Part shown: piece by piece, positions 10,909-25,214 of the stretch | Layout of the letters: each line of letters begins with the position of its first letter | Numbering within the stretch: position 1 is the first letter of the stretch | NCBI GenBank assembly: GCA_964016885.1 | Contig: OZ024741.1 | Span: 239,568,001 to 239,632,000 of the forward strand | Reading direction: 5' to 3' | DNA: 64,000 nucleotides | Source: Eledone cirrhosa | Lineage: Eukaryota | Made by a program: the position numbers and the translations under genes | Notes under the pieces: model-generated | What the model saw: the letters and a program-made list of their open reading frames with translations, nothing else | Database searches by the model: none | What the model was told of the DNA's origin: nothing

Positions 10909-11488
10909 CTTTTAATGAATAAAGGTTCACATGGTCTTTTGACCTCACCGTTAATGGTGATAATATAAATTTATATTGTGCATGAGTTTGCAGTGCAAGG
11001 TAGGAATGACAAGAGGTACAGAATTGAGGAGATTTGTCTTCTGGATAACAGGTTAGAAGAATCTGAATAGTACAAAGTAGAGAGGTTCCACAATTTTAGA
11101 CAACAACCTATTGAGAAATAAATTGCATTCTGCAATGTATGAAATGTATGCAATATCTAGATTTAAATTAGTCATGTTAACTGTTGAAATATGGTACAAC
11201 TATCACCAAAAATATCAAATGTCTTTTACAAAAATGGTGGTAGCCTTGTTAAACATTTATTTACCAACAAATAGCTTACAATTAGCAAACAGCAGTAATT
11301 CATGGATTAACTCACATTTAAAACAAACAAAATAGAATATTTATTTCTATGTCACTATTATTTCTAACAAGACATATTCTATTAAAAACTCTGGAGAAAT
11401 AAATATTAGCCTAAATTGGTAATTTAAATAGTAACAAAGAGAATAAACATTATTTAACAGCAGATAAAAGATATTGAATAGACTTTAC

Positions 11489-13867
11489 CTTTGTAGATTT
11501 TTGAAGAGATCTGTTCATTGTTGATGGTTTCCAGTCTTCAGGATAGTTATGGCTTCTAGACTGACTATATCTGTCTGATATCTCTCCTTGATTACCTGAC
11601 ATCACAGATACACTGTTGTTACCTTGATAGATCAACTGTCTCATCTCATTACGACATTGGTATGCCTGTTTCTCTTCTGTTGTTCTAGCCGAGTTATTTC
11701 TCACATTGTTACATCTCACAATACACAATGTTATAGAAACCACAATAGCTATAGATACTATCACAGCTGCTACTACAATGATAATCAACAATGTTGCATC
11801 TATTGTGTTATCAGTTGGTACATGGACAGCTGTGAACATTGGTGATGTCTTGTTACTAACAGTCAATGTTAAAGAGACACTAGTTGTTGCTGACAGAACT
11901 GGAGTACCACTGTCTTTCACAACAAACTCCAGTTGATATGATCCAGCATCATTTTGGTAAACTGTACGAGAGTAAGATAAGACACCAGTGAATGAGTCCA
12001 GTTTAAATAATTGTTTCTCATTACCTGAAAGGATTTCATACCTGAGAAAGGCATTCATGTGACTGTCTATATCAGAGGCTTTCAGAAGTGTGATGTCATT
12101 CTTACTTTGTGGATGATAGTGGACATCAAGAGTGAAAGGGTCAACACTAGGAAATGTAAAATATGGAGCATTATCATTTTTATCTAATACTTCCACTTCA
12201 ACATTCACTGTGTTATTTAGAGATGGTGTTCCATTGTCTTTGACTAAAACCTCAAAGTCATAGAAATCTCTGTGTTCCCTGTCTAAAGATTGGTTTGTTG
12301 AAATAAAACCAGAGTTGATAATCTGGAATGGTAGACGATATTGGTGTTTATTTCTCAGATAATAACTTAATTCACCTCCCTTACCAACATCTGGGTCTGT
12401 AGCATTGATAAAACCAATAGGGAAATTAGCTTTGTCATTCTCATAGGTAAGGAACTTGAATGTATCTTTGGTAAAATGTGGTTTTACATCATTTACATCT
12501 AACACTTGTATTGAGAGATCTTTATCAGTTTTCAGAGAAGGTAATCCTTTATCTTGACAGGAGAGAGTGAAGTGATAATGTTCCTGTGTCTCTCTGTCTA
12601 CTGCTTTCTTTAGAACTATTTTATATTCCTTAGATCCCATTGACTGTAGTTTGAATGTATCATGTTTGATATTACAGCTGACCTCTCCATTGTGTCCAAC
12701 ATCATTGTCAGTGACCATCACATAAGCAATGAAACTACCAACTTTGATATCTTCCAGAATGGTAGCTGTGTTGTGATTCTGTGTAGAAATATAGTTGACA
12801 TCAATATTTAGAGGATTGTTGTGTTGGTTGATAACATTAACAATAACAGTTGCTATAGAACTAAGAGGCGGACTGCCATTATCTCTGGCTTCTATGTATA
12901 ATTTAAAAGCTACTTCTGACTTAATTTCTGATGATTTGGCTAAATATAATTTTCCGGTATTTTCATCTAAATCAAAGAATCTTTTCATTTTTTCTGAAGT
13001 TGTCCTTGCAAAATAGTAAGATATTTTACCATTCCTACCAATATCTAAATCTTTGGCAAATAATGTCACTACTGGAATATTCTTTTTATGTTTATGTTCT
13101 AAGGAAACATTGTAGATACTTTTGGAAAATTCTGGTTTATTATCATTTTCATCTTCTACAGATATTTTAACATTTAAAATACTTTGTTTTGGTGGAGTTC
13201 CTCCATCTTTAGCAATGACGTCAATATTGTAATTGTCTTTGTTTTCTCTGTCTAATTTATTTTCTAAAATAATTTCTAATGTTGATATTCCACCAGCTTC
13301 CTTAGAAACACTTAGTGAAAATTGTCCATCATCTTTCAGTTCATATTTAATAAATCTGTTTTGATACCCAACATCTTTATCCACAGCATTGGGTATTGCT
13401 CTCTTGGTGTTTTTACCATCAGTTTCAGAAAACTGAATATTGACTTGTTCAGTTGGAAACTCAGGTTGGTGGTCATTGATGTCTTCTATTATGACTTTAA
13501 TTTTTAATATCTTCATAAATGTCTTGGATTTGTGAACAGCAACTTTAATTATTTCAAAACATTCTTTCTCATAACTACACACAGACTCAGCATCCAATGT
13601 CTGAACAGTGTACAGTTTACCTGTTTTCGTCACATTAAACAATTGTTCTCCTTTTTGTTGTAGTTGACTGAATGTAATTAAATCCTTATTCTTTAAGAAG
13701 GAGCTATCTGATGTCTGTAAGTCAGTAGCAATGTCCCCTACATAAGTATAGGGAATACTCTCTTCTTTAACATGGTATTTGATATGTTCACTTAAATAAC
13801 AGTGGAATAAAGTCAGTAAAATACACAGAAATAACATCTCTGCTCTTGATGTCAATACAGAGTCCAT
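11489..13867 (-). CDS. Pcdh: Protocadherin gene B, large coding exon
   Basis: 805-aa ORF with the same domain layout; donor after KSTK at 11489; acceptor at 13893. Confidence 0.96.
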
Positions 13868-16062
13868 GGAAAATTACTGTTTAAATATTCAATCTGAAAC
13901 AAACAAAAATTATTTATCATATTGATGAGGTATTGTCATATTTGCATAGAGAGAAATTGTATTATACCTCAATTAACTGTTTGTAAAATAAATATATTTG
14001 TTTCTACGTTTGGCACAAGGCCAGCAATTACCCAGTGCATTACTGGTACTTTATTTTATCGACCCCGTAAGGATGAAAGGCAAAGTTAAAGATAAATATA
14101 TTAATCAATGAAAGTGATTGTACAAAATTTCAATATTTGTATTCTTATTTATGGATATAAACAAGTCACAATTTTGTGGTCTTTCTATCATGACATTCGC
14201 AGTACATATGGTGTATAGTTTTAGATAAGAAGTCTCTTGTAAACATAACGTGTGTAATTCCTAAGGTAGATTACTTTATTGTGTCATAAATATAAGATAG
14301 CCATATTCTGAGCCAGGTGATAGCTACATCACATCAGATTTAGATGAATTTATGCAGATTGTTTAATTAAACTACAGCGTAGCTTATTTATATTTTATAT
14401 AGGAATTGAAAATTGGTTGTAATCCAGAAAATTGTTAAAATGTAAACAACTCAGAGGGAAACAAGTAGGAAGTTATGAATTATCTCCCTTATATATACTA
14501 CAAAGTACACCTAAATTATGTTTAACAAAACAAAAATCTACAGGAATATCTTAGTCACTATCTTTCCATTGATATTGATGTATTACTATTAATAACATTA
14601 GATTTCTATTTTAAACTGAAAAAAAAAATATTCTAAATTGTGAACATTTATATTCAATAAAATTATAATCTTAATATCTTGGATATCTCCTTGAATAGGA
14701 ATACTTTAAAACAATATCAATTATCACTTGACTCCTCTATTTACTACATAAACAGCTTCCTTATGTGTCAAAAACCACTTTTATATAACAGCTTCATTAG
14801 ATTAAAATCTAACAATTAGCTGAAACATTTTAATTTTACATATAAAATCCCAATATATTTTTTGCATAAATAAACTAATTTTAAATCATACCATCTAGTG
14901 CTAGATATATTTACTGAAAATAAATAATTAGATAATAAGCATTTGTTTTCTATAGTTGAAAATCGATGTAAAAATAGGAAAAAATCTAAAACAAATTCTA
15001 AAACAAATTTTTTTATGACTTATTCTGAAGTAGAAATAAAATATTTGGTACCATCTTTTTAAGTCATACTGTTATTTAGTCATGTAGATGAATATTTTTT
15101 ACATAAAACCTACCAGATTGATGTTATTTAACCCGATGTAAGATCCTATCTAGCAGACATTATCAAAAGCATTCCAGTCAAGACCACAACCTCTATTTTT
15201 CCAAATATAGTTCCTTTGTGTTACAAAAGGAAATATATGACATCTTACAGTAGTATCGAAATAGATAACAGGCCATAATTAATATATCTATATTCTTTAC
15301 AAAGATTTAAGACTACAGATTCCTCATTTTTTTACTGAATTAATGAATATTAATTTTTGTAATGTAATTGGTAATTATTCAAATATACTTCTGACATGTT
15401 ACCATAAAAATATAAAGATACATATTTTGTTGAAACAAATCATACACAAATATATGTAAGGCAAATTTGTAAATTTTAACAAGTAATTTATATAAAAAAA
15501 CTATTAACACTAATGTTCACATGATATTATAGCAATCAGTAGACATATACAAAAAATAATGATTTACACACATTCATAGATTTTACATATACACAGTTAT
15601 TTCAGATATGAAAATACTAATATTTTATAACAAATTTTCTTATCTATCAAGAATATTTAGGTAAAACCTATATTATTGAATGTATTTCAATAATATTCTA
15701 GTTCAATATTTAGTATGTAATAAGACCATACAATGTCAGACTGAATAATTTAGTAAAAATATATAATGATGAGTTATGTTAAAATATGATAAACAAGATA
15801 AATATAGTAAACAAATCAAAGATGACAGCAAATATTTTCAGAAGTATGTTATATAAAACTATAATTCAACATATATTCCTCTCTCTCACTGTTTCTTACA
15901 AAATACTTGATAGCCATGTTGGTAAAGAAGACATTCAATGAGAACTAACACAGATCTAATATGGCCACCATTACAATGTTATATTTTCATGTTATAATAC
16001 AGCTATATATGAAGTCATTATTTTACATGACTTGATAAATAATAAGCAATGATAAAACTTAC

Positions 16063-16560
16063 ATTCATTGTGTAAAATCCTTTGTTATAAACTGAGTTGG
16101 TCCCAATGTTCTGTTGTTAATGGTTGTCTGTGTCACTGCTGCTATGGTGTGACAATGGCTTCATGTTGATGGAATAGTGTTGGTAGTGAGTCAGTGGGAA
16201 CCAGCAGTTCCTCTCAGTCTTCTGTGTGTGTGATGTTTACTGAGTGTGAGTGTGTGTGTGTGTGAGAGAGAGAGAGGTGGGGGAGGGTGATGCTTACTTC
16301 AGCCTCACTCAGACTAGATGTGTTTCCCCTCACAGAAAAGAGGGAGAGAGAGAGAAGACACAATATCAGCTCCACTAACAGTCAGCCAAATGTCTATATA
16401 ATAATATGTCTGGTGTAGAGAGACTGACATAGAAATACTTAGAAGAGAGAGGTTATATTAACAAAATATGGCTGATGTTGTTAATGTGTAATATGTAATA
16501 TAAATACAAAATTAATAATAATAGTTAGTGTGTGTCTGGCTTAATTATAAACTAACTTTG
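16063..16560 (-). promoter_or_regulatory. Promoter and non-coding first exon (~16063-16376) of gene B
   Basis: Same cassette, nearly identical to that of gene A. Confidence 0.7.
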
Positions 16561-17073
16561 CCACAGAAGATATATTTCAGAAAATTTATAGATGTTATAT
16601 TACCAATATCAAATTTATTTTCTGAAATAACAAAATTTACAATATCATATATTTATTATTTATTAGCAGGGTGGTGGATTATCTGTCATTAGAGTGTGAG
16701 ACAAATGCTTAGCAGTATTTAGTCTGACTCTATACAGTCTGAGTTGAAATCATGCCTTTCATCTTCTGAGGTTGATAAAATAAAGTAACAATCAAGTACC
16801 ATCGTCAATATACTCAAATTGCCCTTCACCTAAATTACTGATTTTGTGCCGGAATCATTATCTATTAGCAGAGAAAACAGTCATTAAATGATGATGATAA
16901 TTCAATCCATATTTTCAAATTTAAATTGTATTTCCTGAAGATTTATTACTATTCTAGACACTTTATATTAAATTCCCCATAATTATATCATTTAACTAAC
17001 ATATTTCTGTTGTTTTAAATATTGTGTTACTGTTGAAGGTGATATTTCTGTTGTGTTACTTTCTCAGTCTGAC

Positions 17074-17192
17074 TTAACTGGCAACAACATCTGGTGTTGA
17101 AGGTAACTGTCTCTCTGGAGGTTTCACATATCTGTCTTGGTAATGGTCTCTCTCATTGTTGCTTGACACATCAGGTGGGACACCATAGATAC
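17074..17192 (-). CDS. Pcdh: Gene C terminal coding exon
   Basis: TTTCAG| acceptor, 119 nt to TAA. Confidence 0.88.
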
Positions 17193-17399
17193 CTGAAAGA
17201 TATAATTCAATTCAACTTACCACATAGTTCACATAGACAATAGATATCTTCTGACATTAATAATCCATCTCTTATCCAGTCTGATATAAAATGACAATTA
17301 TTAAAAAGGTTCTTTTTGACCATCCCTAAAATTCTTCAAAATTATAAACATAAATTATTATAATGATAATAATAAACATGGAAAATGAAATGTTTTTAC

Positions 17400-17550
17400 C
17401 TGACATTGCCGGTATTTCTTCATACTGCCTACTTGACCTTTCACTCCAGCACTGTCCACTACTCTTACGACTAGTCAGTGTATCAGTGGGATAGTTAGAC
17501 GATGGTCTGTTGTCTCCATAAGATGTCACCTCTATAGGCTGACTGTATTT
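17400..17550 (-). CDS. Pcdh: Gene C cytoplasmic exon (151 nt)
   Basis: Canonical AG/GT boundaries; paralogous sequence. Confidence 0.9.
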
Positions 17551-18583
17551 CTGCTGTAAAGTTAGTTAAAACAGATTGTAAAGGTATTTATAATATTGGA
17601 TATGAAATGTATGCAATATCTAGGTAAAAATCAGTACATGTTAACTGTTGAAATATGGTACAACCATCTACAAAAATATCAATTGTCTTTTACAAATATT
17701 CTAATGATTCCACTACATTATTGTCAAATTTCTGCAGGACAATTCACAAGGGGATTTCAAACTTCCAACTTAAATCCTTCCTTCCAATCCTACCACACAA
17801 AATGGATTCATTATACATTAGTCAAAGTCTTATGTATTGCAAATAATTATTTCATAGCACACTGTAAGTGTGGTTGGTGTTAGCAAGGGCATCCAGCCAT
17901 AGAAAACCAGCCAGAAACACCCCTATATGAGCGAAACACTGTCACCCGACAACTTGCCTCAAAATAGGATCCACCTAAACCATGCTAGTGTGGAAGATAT
18001 ACGCTAATCGATGATGATGATGATGACTTTTAATGAATAAAGGTTCACATGGTCTTTTGACCTCACCGTTAATGGTGATAATATAAATTTATATTGTGCA
18101 TGAGTTTGCAGTGCAAGGTAGGAATGACAAGAGGTACAGAATTAAGGAGATGTGTCTTCTGGATAACAGGTTAGAAGAATCTGAATAGTACAAAGTAGGG
18201 AGGTTCCACAATTTTAGACAACAACCTATTGAGAAATAAATTGCATACTGCAATGTAATATGTAATATATATATGAATCTTCTAGTGGTATCCTTCTTAA
18301 ACATTCTTTTACCAACAAATAGCTTACAATTAGCAAACAGCAGTAAATCTTGGATTAACACACATTTAAAACATAACCCGTCTAAACCCATGCTAGCATG
18401 GAAGATAGACGTTAAACGAATATATACAATATTTATTTCTATATCATGACAATTATTTTTAACAAGACATATTCTTTTAAAAACTCTGGAGACATAAAAA
18501 TTTGCCTAAATTGGTAATTTAAATAGTAACTAAGAGAATAAACATTATTTAACAGCAGATAAAAGATATTGAATAGACTTTAC

Positions 18584-20935
18584 CTTTGTAGATTTCTGAA
18601 GAGATCTGTTTATTGTTGATGTCTTCCAGTCTTCAGGATAGTAATGGCTTCTAGACTGACTGTATCTGTCTGATATCTCTCCTCGATTACCTGACATCAC
18701 AGATACACTGTTGTTACCTTGATAGATCAACTGTCTCATCTCATTACGACATTGGTATGCCTGTTTCTCTTCTGTTGTTCTAGCAGAGTTATTTCTTACA
18801 TTGTTACATCTCACAATACACAATGTTATAGAAACCACAATAGCTATAGATACTATCACAGCTGCTACTACAATGATAATCAACAATGTTGCATCTATTG
18901 TGTTATCAGTTGATACATGGACAGCTGTGAACATTGGTGATGTCTTGTTACTAACAGTCAGTGTTAAAGAGACACTAGTTGTTGCTGACAGAACTGGAGT
19001 ACCACTGTCTTTCACAACAAACTCCAGTTGATATGATCCGGCATCATTTTGGTAAACTGTGCGAGAGTAAGATAAGACACCTGTGAATGAGTCCAGTTTA
19101 AATAATTGTTTCTCATTACCTGAAAGGATTTCATACCTGAGAAAAGCATTCATGTGACTGTCTATATCAGAGGCTTTCAGAAGTGTGATGTCATTCTTAC
19201 TTTGTGGATGATAGTGGACATCAAGAGTGAAAGGGTCAACACTAGGAAATGTAAAATATGGAACATTATCATTTTTATCTAATACTTCCACTTCAACATT
19301 CACTGTGTTATTTAGAGATGGTGTTCCATTGTCTTTGACAAAAACCTCAAAGTCATAGAAATCTCTGTGTTCTCTGTCTAAAGACTGGTTTGTTGAAATA
19401 AAGCCAGAGTTGATAATCTGGAATGGTAGACGATATTGGTGTTTATTTCTCAGATGATAACTTAATTCACCTCCCTTACCAACATCTGGGTCTGTGGCAT
19501 TGATAAAACCAATAGGGAAATTAGCTTTGTCATTCTCATAGGTAAGGAACTTGAATGTATCTTTGGTAAAGTGTGGTTTTACATCATTCACATCTAACAC
19601 TTGTATTGAGAGATCTTTATCAGTTTTCAGAGAAGGTAATCCTTTATCTTGACAGGAGACAGTAAAGTGATAATGTTCCTGTGTCTCTCTGTCTACTGCT
19701 TTCTTTAGAACTATTTTATATTCTTTAGATCCCATTGACTGTAGTTTGAATGTATCATGTTTAATATCACAGCTGACCTCTCCATTGTGTCCAACATCAT
19801 TGTCAGTGACCATCACATAAGCAATGAAACTACCAACTTTGATATCTTCCAGAATGGTAGCTGTGTTGTGATTCTCTGTAGAAATATAGTTGACATCAAT
19901 ATTTGGAGGATTGTTGTGTTGGTTGATAACATTTACCATAACAGTTGCTATGGAGCTAAGAGGAGGACTGCCATTATCTCTGGCTTTTATGTATAATTTA
20001 AAAGACTCTTCCATATCAATATTTTCAGATTTAGCTAAATATAATTTTCCTGTATTTTCATCTAAATCAAAGTACCTTTTCATTTTTTCTGAAGATGTCA
20101 TTGCAAAATAGAAAGATATTTTACCATTCCTACCAATATCTAAATCATTGGCAGATAATGTCACTACTGGAATATTCTTTTTATGTTTATGGTTTATAGA
20201 GACAGTGTAGATACTTTGAGAGAATTTTGGTATATTATCATTTTCATCTTCTACAGATATTTTAACATTTAAAATACTTTGTTTTGGTGGAGTTCCTCCA
20301 TCTTTAGCGATGACTTCAATATTGTAACTGTCTTTCTTTTCTCTGTCTAATTTCCTTTCGAGAATAATTCTTAATGTTGATATTCCACCAGCTTCCTTGG
20401 AAACACTTAATGAAAATTGTTTTTCATCATCTTTCAGTTCATATTTAATTAATCTGTTTTGATATCCCACATCTTTGTCCACAGCATTGGGTATTGATAG
20501 TTTTGATCCTTTGCTGTCTCTCTCTGAAAACTGAATATTGACTTGTTCAGTTGGAAACTCAGGTTGATGGTCATTGATGTCTTCTATTATGACTTTAATT
20601 TTTAATATCTTCATAAATGTCTTGGATTTGTGAACAGCAACTTTAACTATTTCATAACATTCTTTCTCATAACTACACACAGACTCAGCATCTAATGTCT
20701 GAACAGTGTACAGTTTACCTGTTTTTGTCACATTGAACAATTGTTCTCCCTTTTGTTGTAGTTGACTAAATGTAATTAAATCCTTATTCTTTAAGAAGGA
20801 GCTATCTGATGTCTGTAACTCAGTAGCAATGTCCCCGACATAAGTATAGGGATTTCTCTCTTCTTTAACATGGTATGTGATATGTTCACTTAGATAACAG
20901 TGGAAGAAAGTCAGTAAAATACACAGAAATAACAT
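18584..20935 (-). CDS. Pcdh: Protocadherin gene C, large coding exon
   Basis: 796-aa ORF; donor after KSTK at 18584; acceptor at 20992. Confidence 0.96.
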
Positions 20936-21819
20936 CTCTGCTCTTGATGTTAATACAGAGTCTAGGGAAAATTACAGCTTCAAATATTCTATCTGAAACA
21001 AGAAAAATGTAATATATTAACCGAGTCTAGTACATTAAGTTTTGTCTTTCATGAAATTCTCATGAATTAAACTTAACATCATGTACTTAAGAAATATCTG
21101 CTGTATCTTAAATATATTCTGGAAATACAGAGTGACAATTGCACTGAACATCCCAGTATGTACACTTTTCTCAAGCAGTGAAGGTTTTGCTGTCTGGGCC
21201 ACATCCAACACATGATGAGCTGGCATCTGGCAGAAGGTTCATTGATCAAACCCAACCTATTCTATAATGAGGTCTGCATGAAAAACAGAGACACTCAATA
21301 TTAATTCTAAGATAGCCTTTCAGATGACCAGAACCCTGAACAGGTAACTGAAGATATAAATAAAGTTGCTGCACATTACAGAAGAAAAGTGAACATGAAG
21401 AAAATACAACAGCAGTATCAAGAAATAAATTAACACACATAGATATGACATCTACATCAGAAACTGCCATTGCTGCATTGGACTTTTCAACTACAAGCTA
21501 CATAGCTTTTTAATATCCCCTAAAAGACTATATGAATTTTGAACCTATATCAAGGATTTCTATTTCTTTTTTTTAAGTAAAGAATATTTTAAGTATTTCT
21601 ACTTTAAATGAGATATTAAAATCGGGGTTCTATCTAATTGGTATCAAATTTTAATGGGAAATATTAAGTTGGTAAACTAAAATATAGATATTACTTAGAA
21701 GGACGTTTTGAGTTATCTCTCTTGAACAAGAAAAATTCCAATGTTACACAATTTTCAACAAAACTGAAACATCTTATAAAGGTAATGTAGAAATCAACAT
21801 TATAAAGATATTAACCAAT

Positions 21820-22155
21820 GATTTCTAGTATAGGCACAAGGCCAGCAATTTGGGGGAAGGGGAAAGTCGATTAAATCAACCCCAGTATGTTGCTGGTGCG
21901 TTATTTTATCGACCCCGTAAAGATGAAAGGCAAAATTAACCTCAGCAGGATTTGAACCAATAATAATAATTGTTTCTACTTTTGGCACAAGGCCAGCAAT
22001 TATCCTAGTGCATTACTGGTACTTTATTTTATCGACCCCGTAAGGATGAAAGGCAAAGTTAACCTCGGTGGGATTTGAACTCAGACCATAAAGGGCTGTA
22101 ACTTTATGCTGCAAAGCATGGCATCTGACCCTCTACTGATACTGCCAATCCACCA
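21820..22155 (-). mobile_element. Two tandem Nin/Deu-domain SINEs of different subfamilies
   Basis: Truncated copy with a GGGGGAAGGGGAAAGTCGATT internal segment followed by a full copy; junctions in CCAATAATAA. Confidence 0.82.
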
Positions 22156-23786
22156 CCAATAATAACAATAATGCTGTGATGGTAGTCACCTTCTGTGTAT
22201 AATAGGACGGAATTACAGATTGAACAGTATTGAACAAATTAAACAGTATTGACAAGATATCTATTTACTAACTGCTATTGATATATTCAGGTATATATTC
22301 TGTACTGTATAGTATTTAATATAATTAGAATTACCATTTTAATAACTATTCTCAGAAATAACATAATATTTTGTCAAACCTTGTAGTTCAAATAAAGTTA
22401 TAATTTTAACATCTTCGATGTCACCTTAAAAACAAATTATTTAGACTGCATTCACTACATGATTCTTCTATTTGTTATATCAACAGTTTGAAGCCTTTTT
22501 CATTTTGTTTATGTAAAGTATTGATCGAATTATAATTAAAATATGAATCATGCTTTTCTTAAAAGGGGAAGTATTAATCTGAATACATTAAATTTAACAC
22601 TATAACAGAATATATATATTTTGTTTAAATATCAAACTAATTTTTTATAAAGTCACCTAATTAACAGATTTCCATTTAACTTTCCTACAGTTGAGAATAA
22701 AATTAAGTAAAAAGAAAAATCAGAAACACATTGTTAATGAATTTCTTTTTCTAATTACTTTTAAAATAGTCAGGTGAATATTTGTTACATAAGATGTTCT
22801 ACGTTGTTGTGATTTAAACCTATGTAATCTACTCCACACCAGACCTTTTTTCACAAGTATTTCAGCCACAACTCTCCATAATAAGCAGCAAGTTGCTTCA
22901 TGTTACAAAAGAAAGTATGTGACAGATTGAATATTTCTGTATTAATAGCTAGCAAGCCACAATTAGTACATGGATATTGTTCATACAGACCATGGCTATA
23001 GATACTTCATATCTCATCTTCCTAAATGTTACAAAACTTATAATACGGAATTATAGAAATATCAGGTATATATTTGGCCTGTTATATAAAATATATTGAG
23101 AATTGTAAATATAAAACACTAGACCTTTGATGAGTTGTAGTGCACATGAGCACTGTACACAATAATTTCATTATTATTATTTAAGAAAATATAATTTCAA
23201 ATTTTCAAATCCTAGAAATCAAATTAATAAAACAATAAAACATATTTTCTATAGTCATCAATAGACATTTACATAGAAATAAAGCTTTACACACACATTT
23301 TATATATATATATGCCTGTGTGTGTGAGTGTGTGTGTGTATACATATACAGAATTATGGTAGATAATATTATAAATTATTTCATTGTCTGATAATATTTA
23401 CACAAAACCTACACTACTGTATATATGTAAATGGTATTCTTGTTCAATATTTAGTATGTACTAAGACCATATAATGTTCAACTGAATGATTCAGTTAAAA
23501 TATATAATAATGTGAAAATAAAATAAAGATAAATATAGTTATAATGAAGGATGTCATAAATATTTTAAGAAGTATGTTATATAAAACTACAATTCAACAT
23601 ATTTTCCTTTCTCTCACTGTTTCTTACAAAATACTTGATAGCCATGTTGGTAAAGAAGACATTCAATGAGAACTAACACAGATCTAATATGGCCACCATT
23701 ACATTATATTTTGATGTTATAATATACTATGTATGAAGTTATTATTTTACATGACTGGATAAATAATATAAAATAATAAAACTTAC

Positions 23787-24290
23787 ATTCATTGTGTAAG
23801 ATCCTTTGTTATATTCTTCTGATTTGGTCCCAGTGTTCTGTTGTTAATGGTTGTCTGTGCCACTGCTGCTATGGTGTGACAATGGCTTCATGTTGATGGA
23901 ATAGTGTTGGTAGTGAGTCAGTGGGAACCAGCAGTTCCTCTCAGTATTCTCTGTATGTGTGATGTTTACTGAGTGTGAGTGTGTGTGAGAGAGAGAGGTG
24001 GGGGAGGTGATGCTTACACAAGCTTCACTCAGACTAGATGTGTTTCCCCACACAGAGAAGAGGGAGAGAGAGAGAAGACACTATATCAGCTCCACTAACA
24101 GTCAGCTATAATATGTCTATATAATACTAACATGTCTGATGTAGAGACTGACACAGAAATACTTAGAAGAGAGAGGTTATATTAACAAAATATGGCTGAT
24201 GTTACTATGTGTGTGTAATATAGCATAGTGTGTGTAATATTGACGATAATACTTAGTTTGTGTCTGACCTAATTCAAAACTAACTTATCC
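23787..24290 (-). promoter_or_regulatory. Promoter and non-coding first exon (~23787-24096) of gene C
   Basis: Same cassette with |GTAAGT donor. Confidence 0.7.
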
Positions 24291-24694
24291 ATTGAGGATA
24301 TATTTTAATATTTTATTTATGATATATAATCTAACTAAAATATATCTTCTCGGGTGTTAATAATTGTTTCTACTTTTGGCACAAGTGTTAATAATGACAG
24401 TATTTATGTATTTATATCATGATTAAATAAATTTTCTTAATTTTTAATTGTAATTCACCATGAAAGTCTCAAACTATTTCATCCAATATTTCCATTACAA
24501 TTGATTTAGCTAACTACAGTGTTATAAATGGATGTTCGATATCTGAAGCTGTTATGTTATTCTCATTTGTACAAATCATATCAATATAAAATATTTCCCT
24601 TAACATAATCAATTAATTAATATAATTCTGTCATTTTAAATATTATGTGAATGTTGAAGGTGATATTTCTGTTGTGTTAACTTCTCAGTCTGAC

Positions 24695-24813
24695 TTAACT
24701 TACAACAACATCTGGTGTTGAAGGTAACTGTCTCTCTGGAGGTTTCACATATCTGTCTTGGTAATGGTCTCTCTCATTGTTGCTTGACACATCAGGTGGG
24801 ACACCATAGATTC
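24695..24813 (-). CDS. Pcdh: Gene D terminal coding exon (ends DVVVS*)
   Basis: TTTCAG| acceptor, 119 nt to TAA; separated from the previous exon by a TE-expanded 2.8-kb intron. Confidence 0.87.
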
Positions 24814-25214
24814 CTGAAACAAGTACATCAACTCAACTTACTACACATTTCATATAAATGCCATATATTTACTGACTGAAATTAGTAATCAATCTCTTGT
24901 CTACTATGTTCATGAGGTTAAGACATGAAATAACAATTATTAAAGAAATTATGTTTGACCATCTCTAATGTCCTTAGATATAATAATTTCAATGATCCAA
25001 TGATTAGAGGTTGACTGAGAATAAAAGTCTGTTCTGTTAATGATAATAGACCCAGGGTGTGATATATATATATATCCTTGTAAAGTAGAAACTATTAGAC
25101 ATTATATGAGTAGCAAGACACATTCACATATAATGAAATTTATAAAGAAAGATTGATATAAATAATATTAGATTGTTTCATAATTGTTGAAATTAGAAAT
25201 TATGAAAATGTAAT

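Larger units (their letters stand above)
6661..18545. repeat. Recent ~7.1-kb segmental tandem duplication (6661-11450 vs 13868-18545 non-coding DNA nearly identical)
   Basis: Introns, promoter and shared SINE and RTE-tail insertions match almost base for base by eye. Confidence 0.9.

Noticed and set aside
10478-11335. Intronic 60-100 aa ORFs duplicated in B and C
   Set aside because: AT-rich intron sequence with a local duplication; shared only because of the recent segmental duplication.
24695-24706. GTAAGT created just before the stop in gene D exon 4 as a new splice donor
   Set aside because: Present in only one paralogue, weak exonic context and no identifiable downstream exon.
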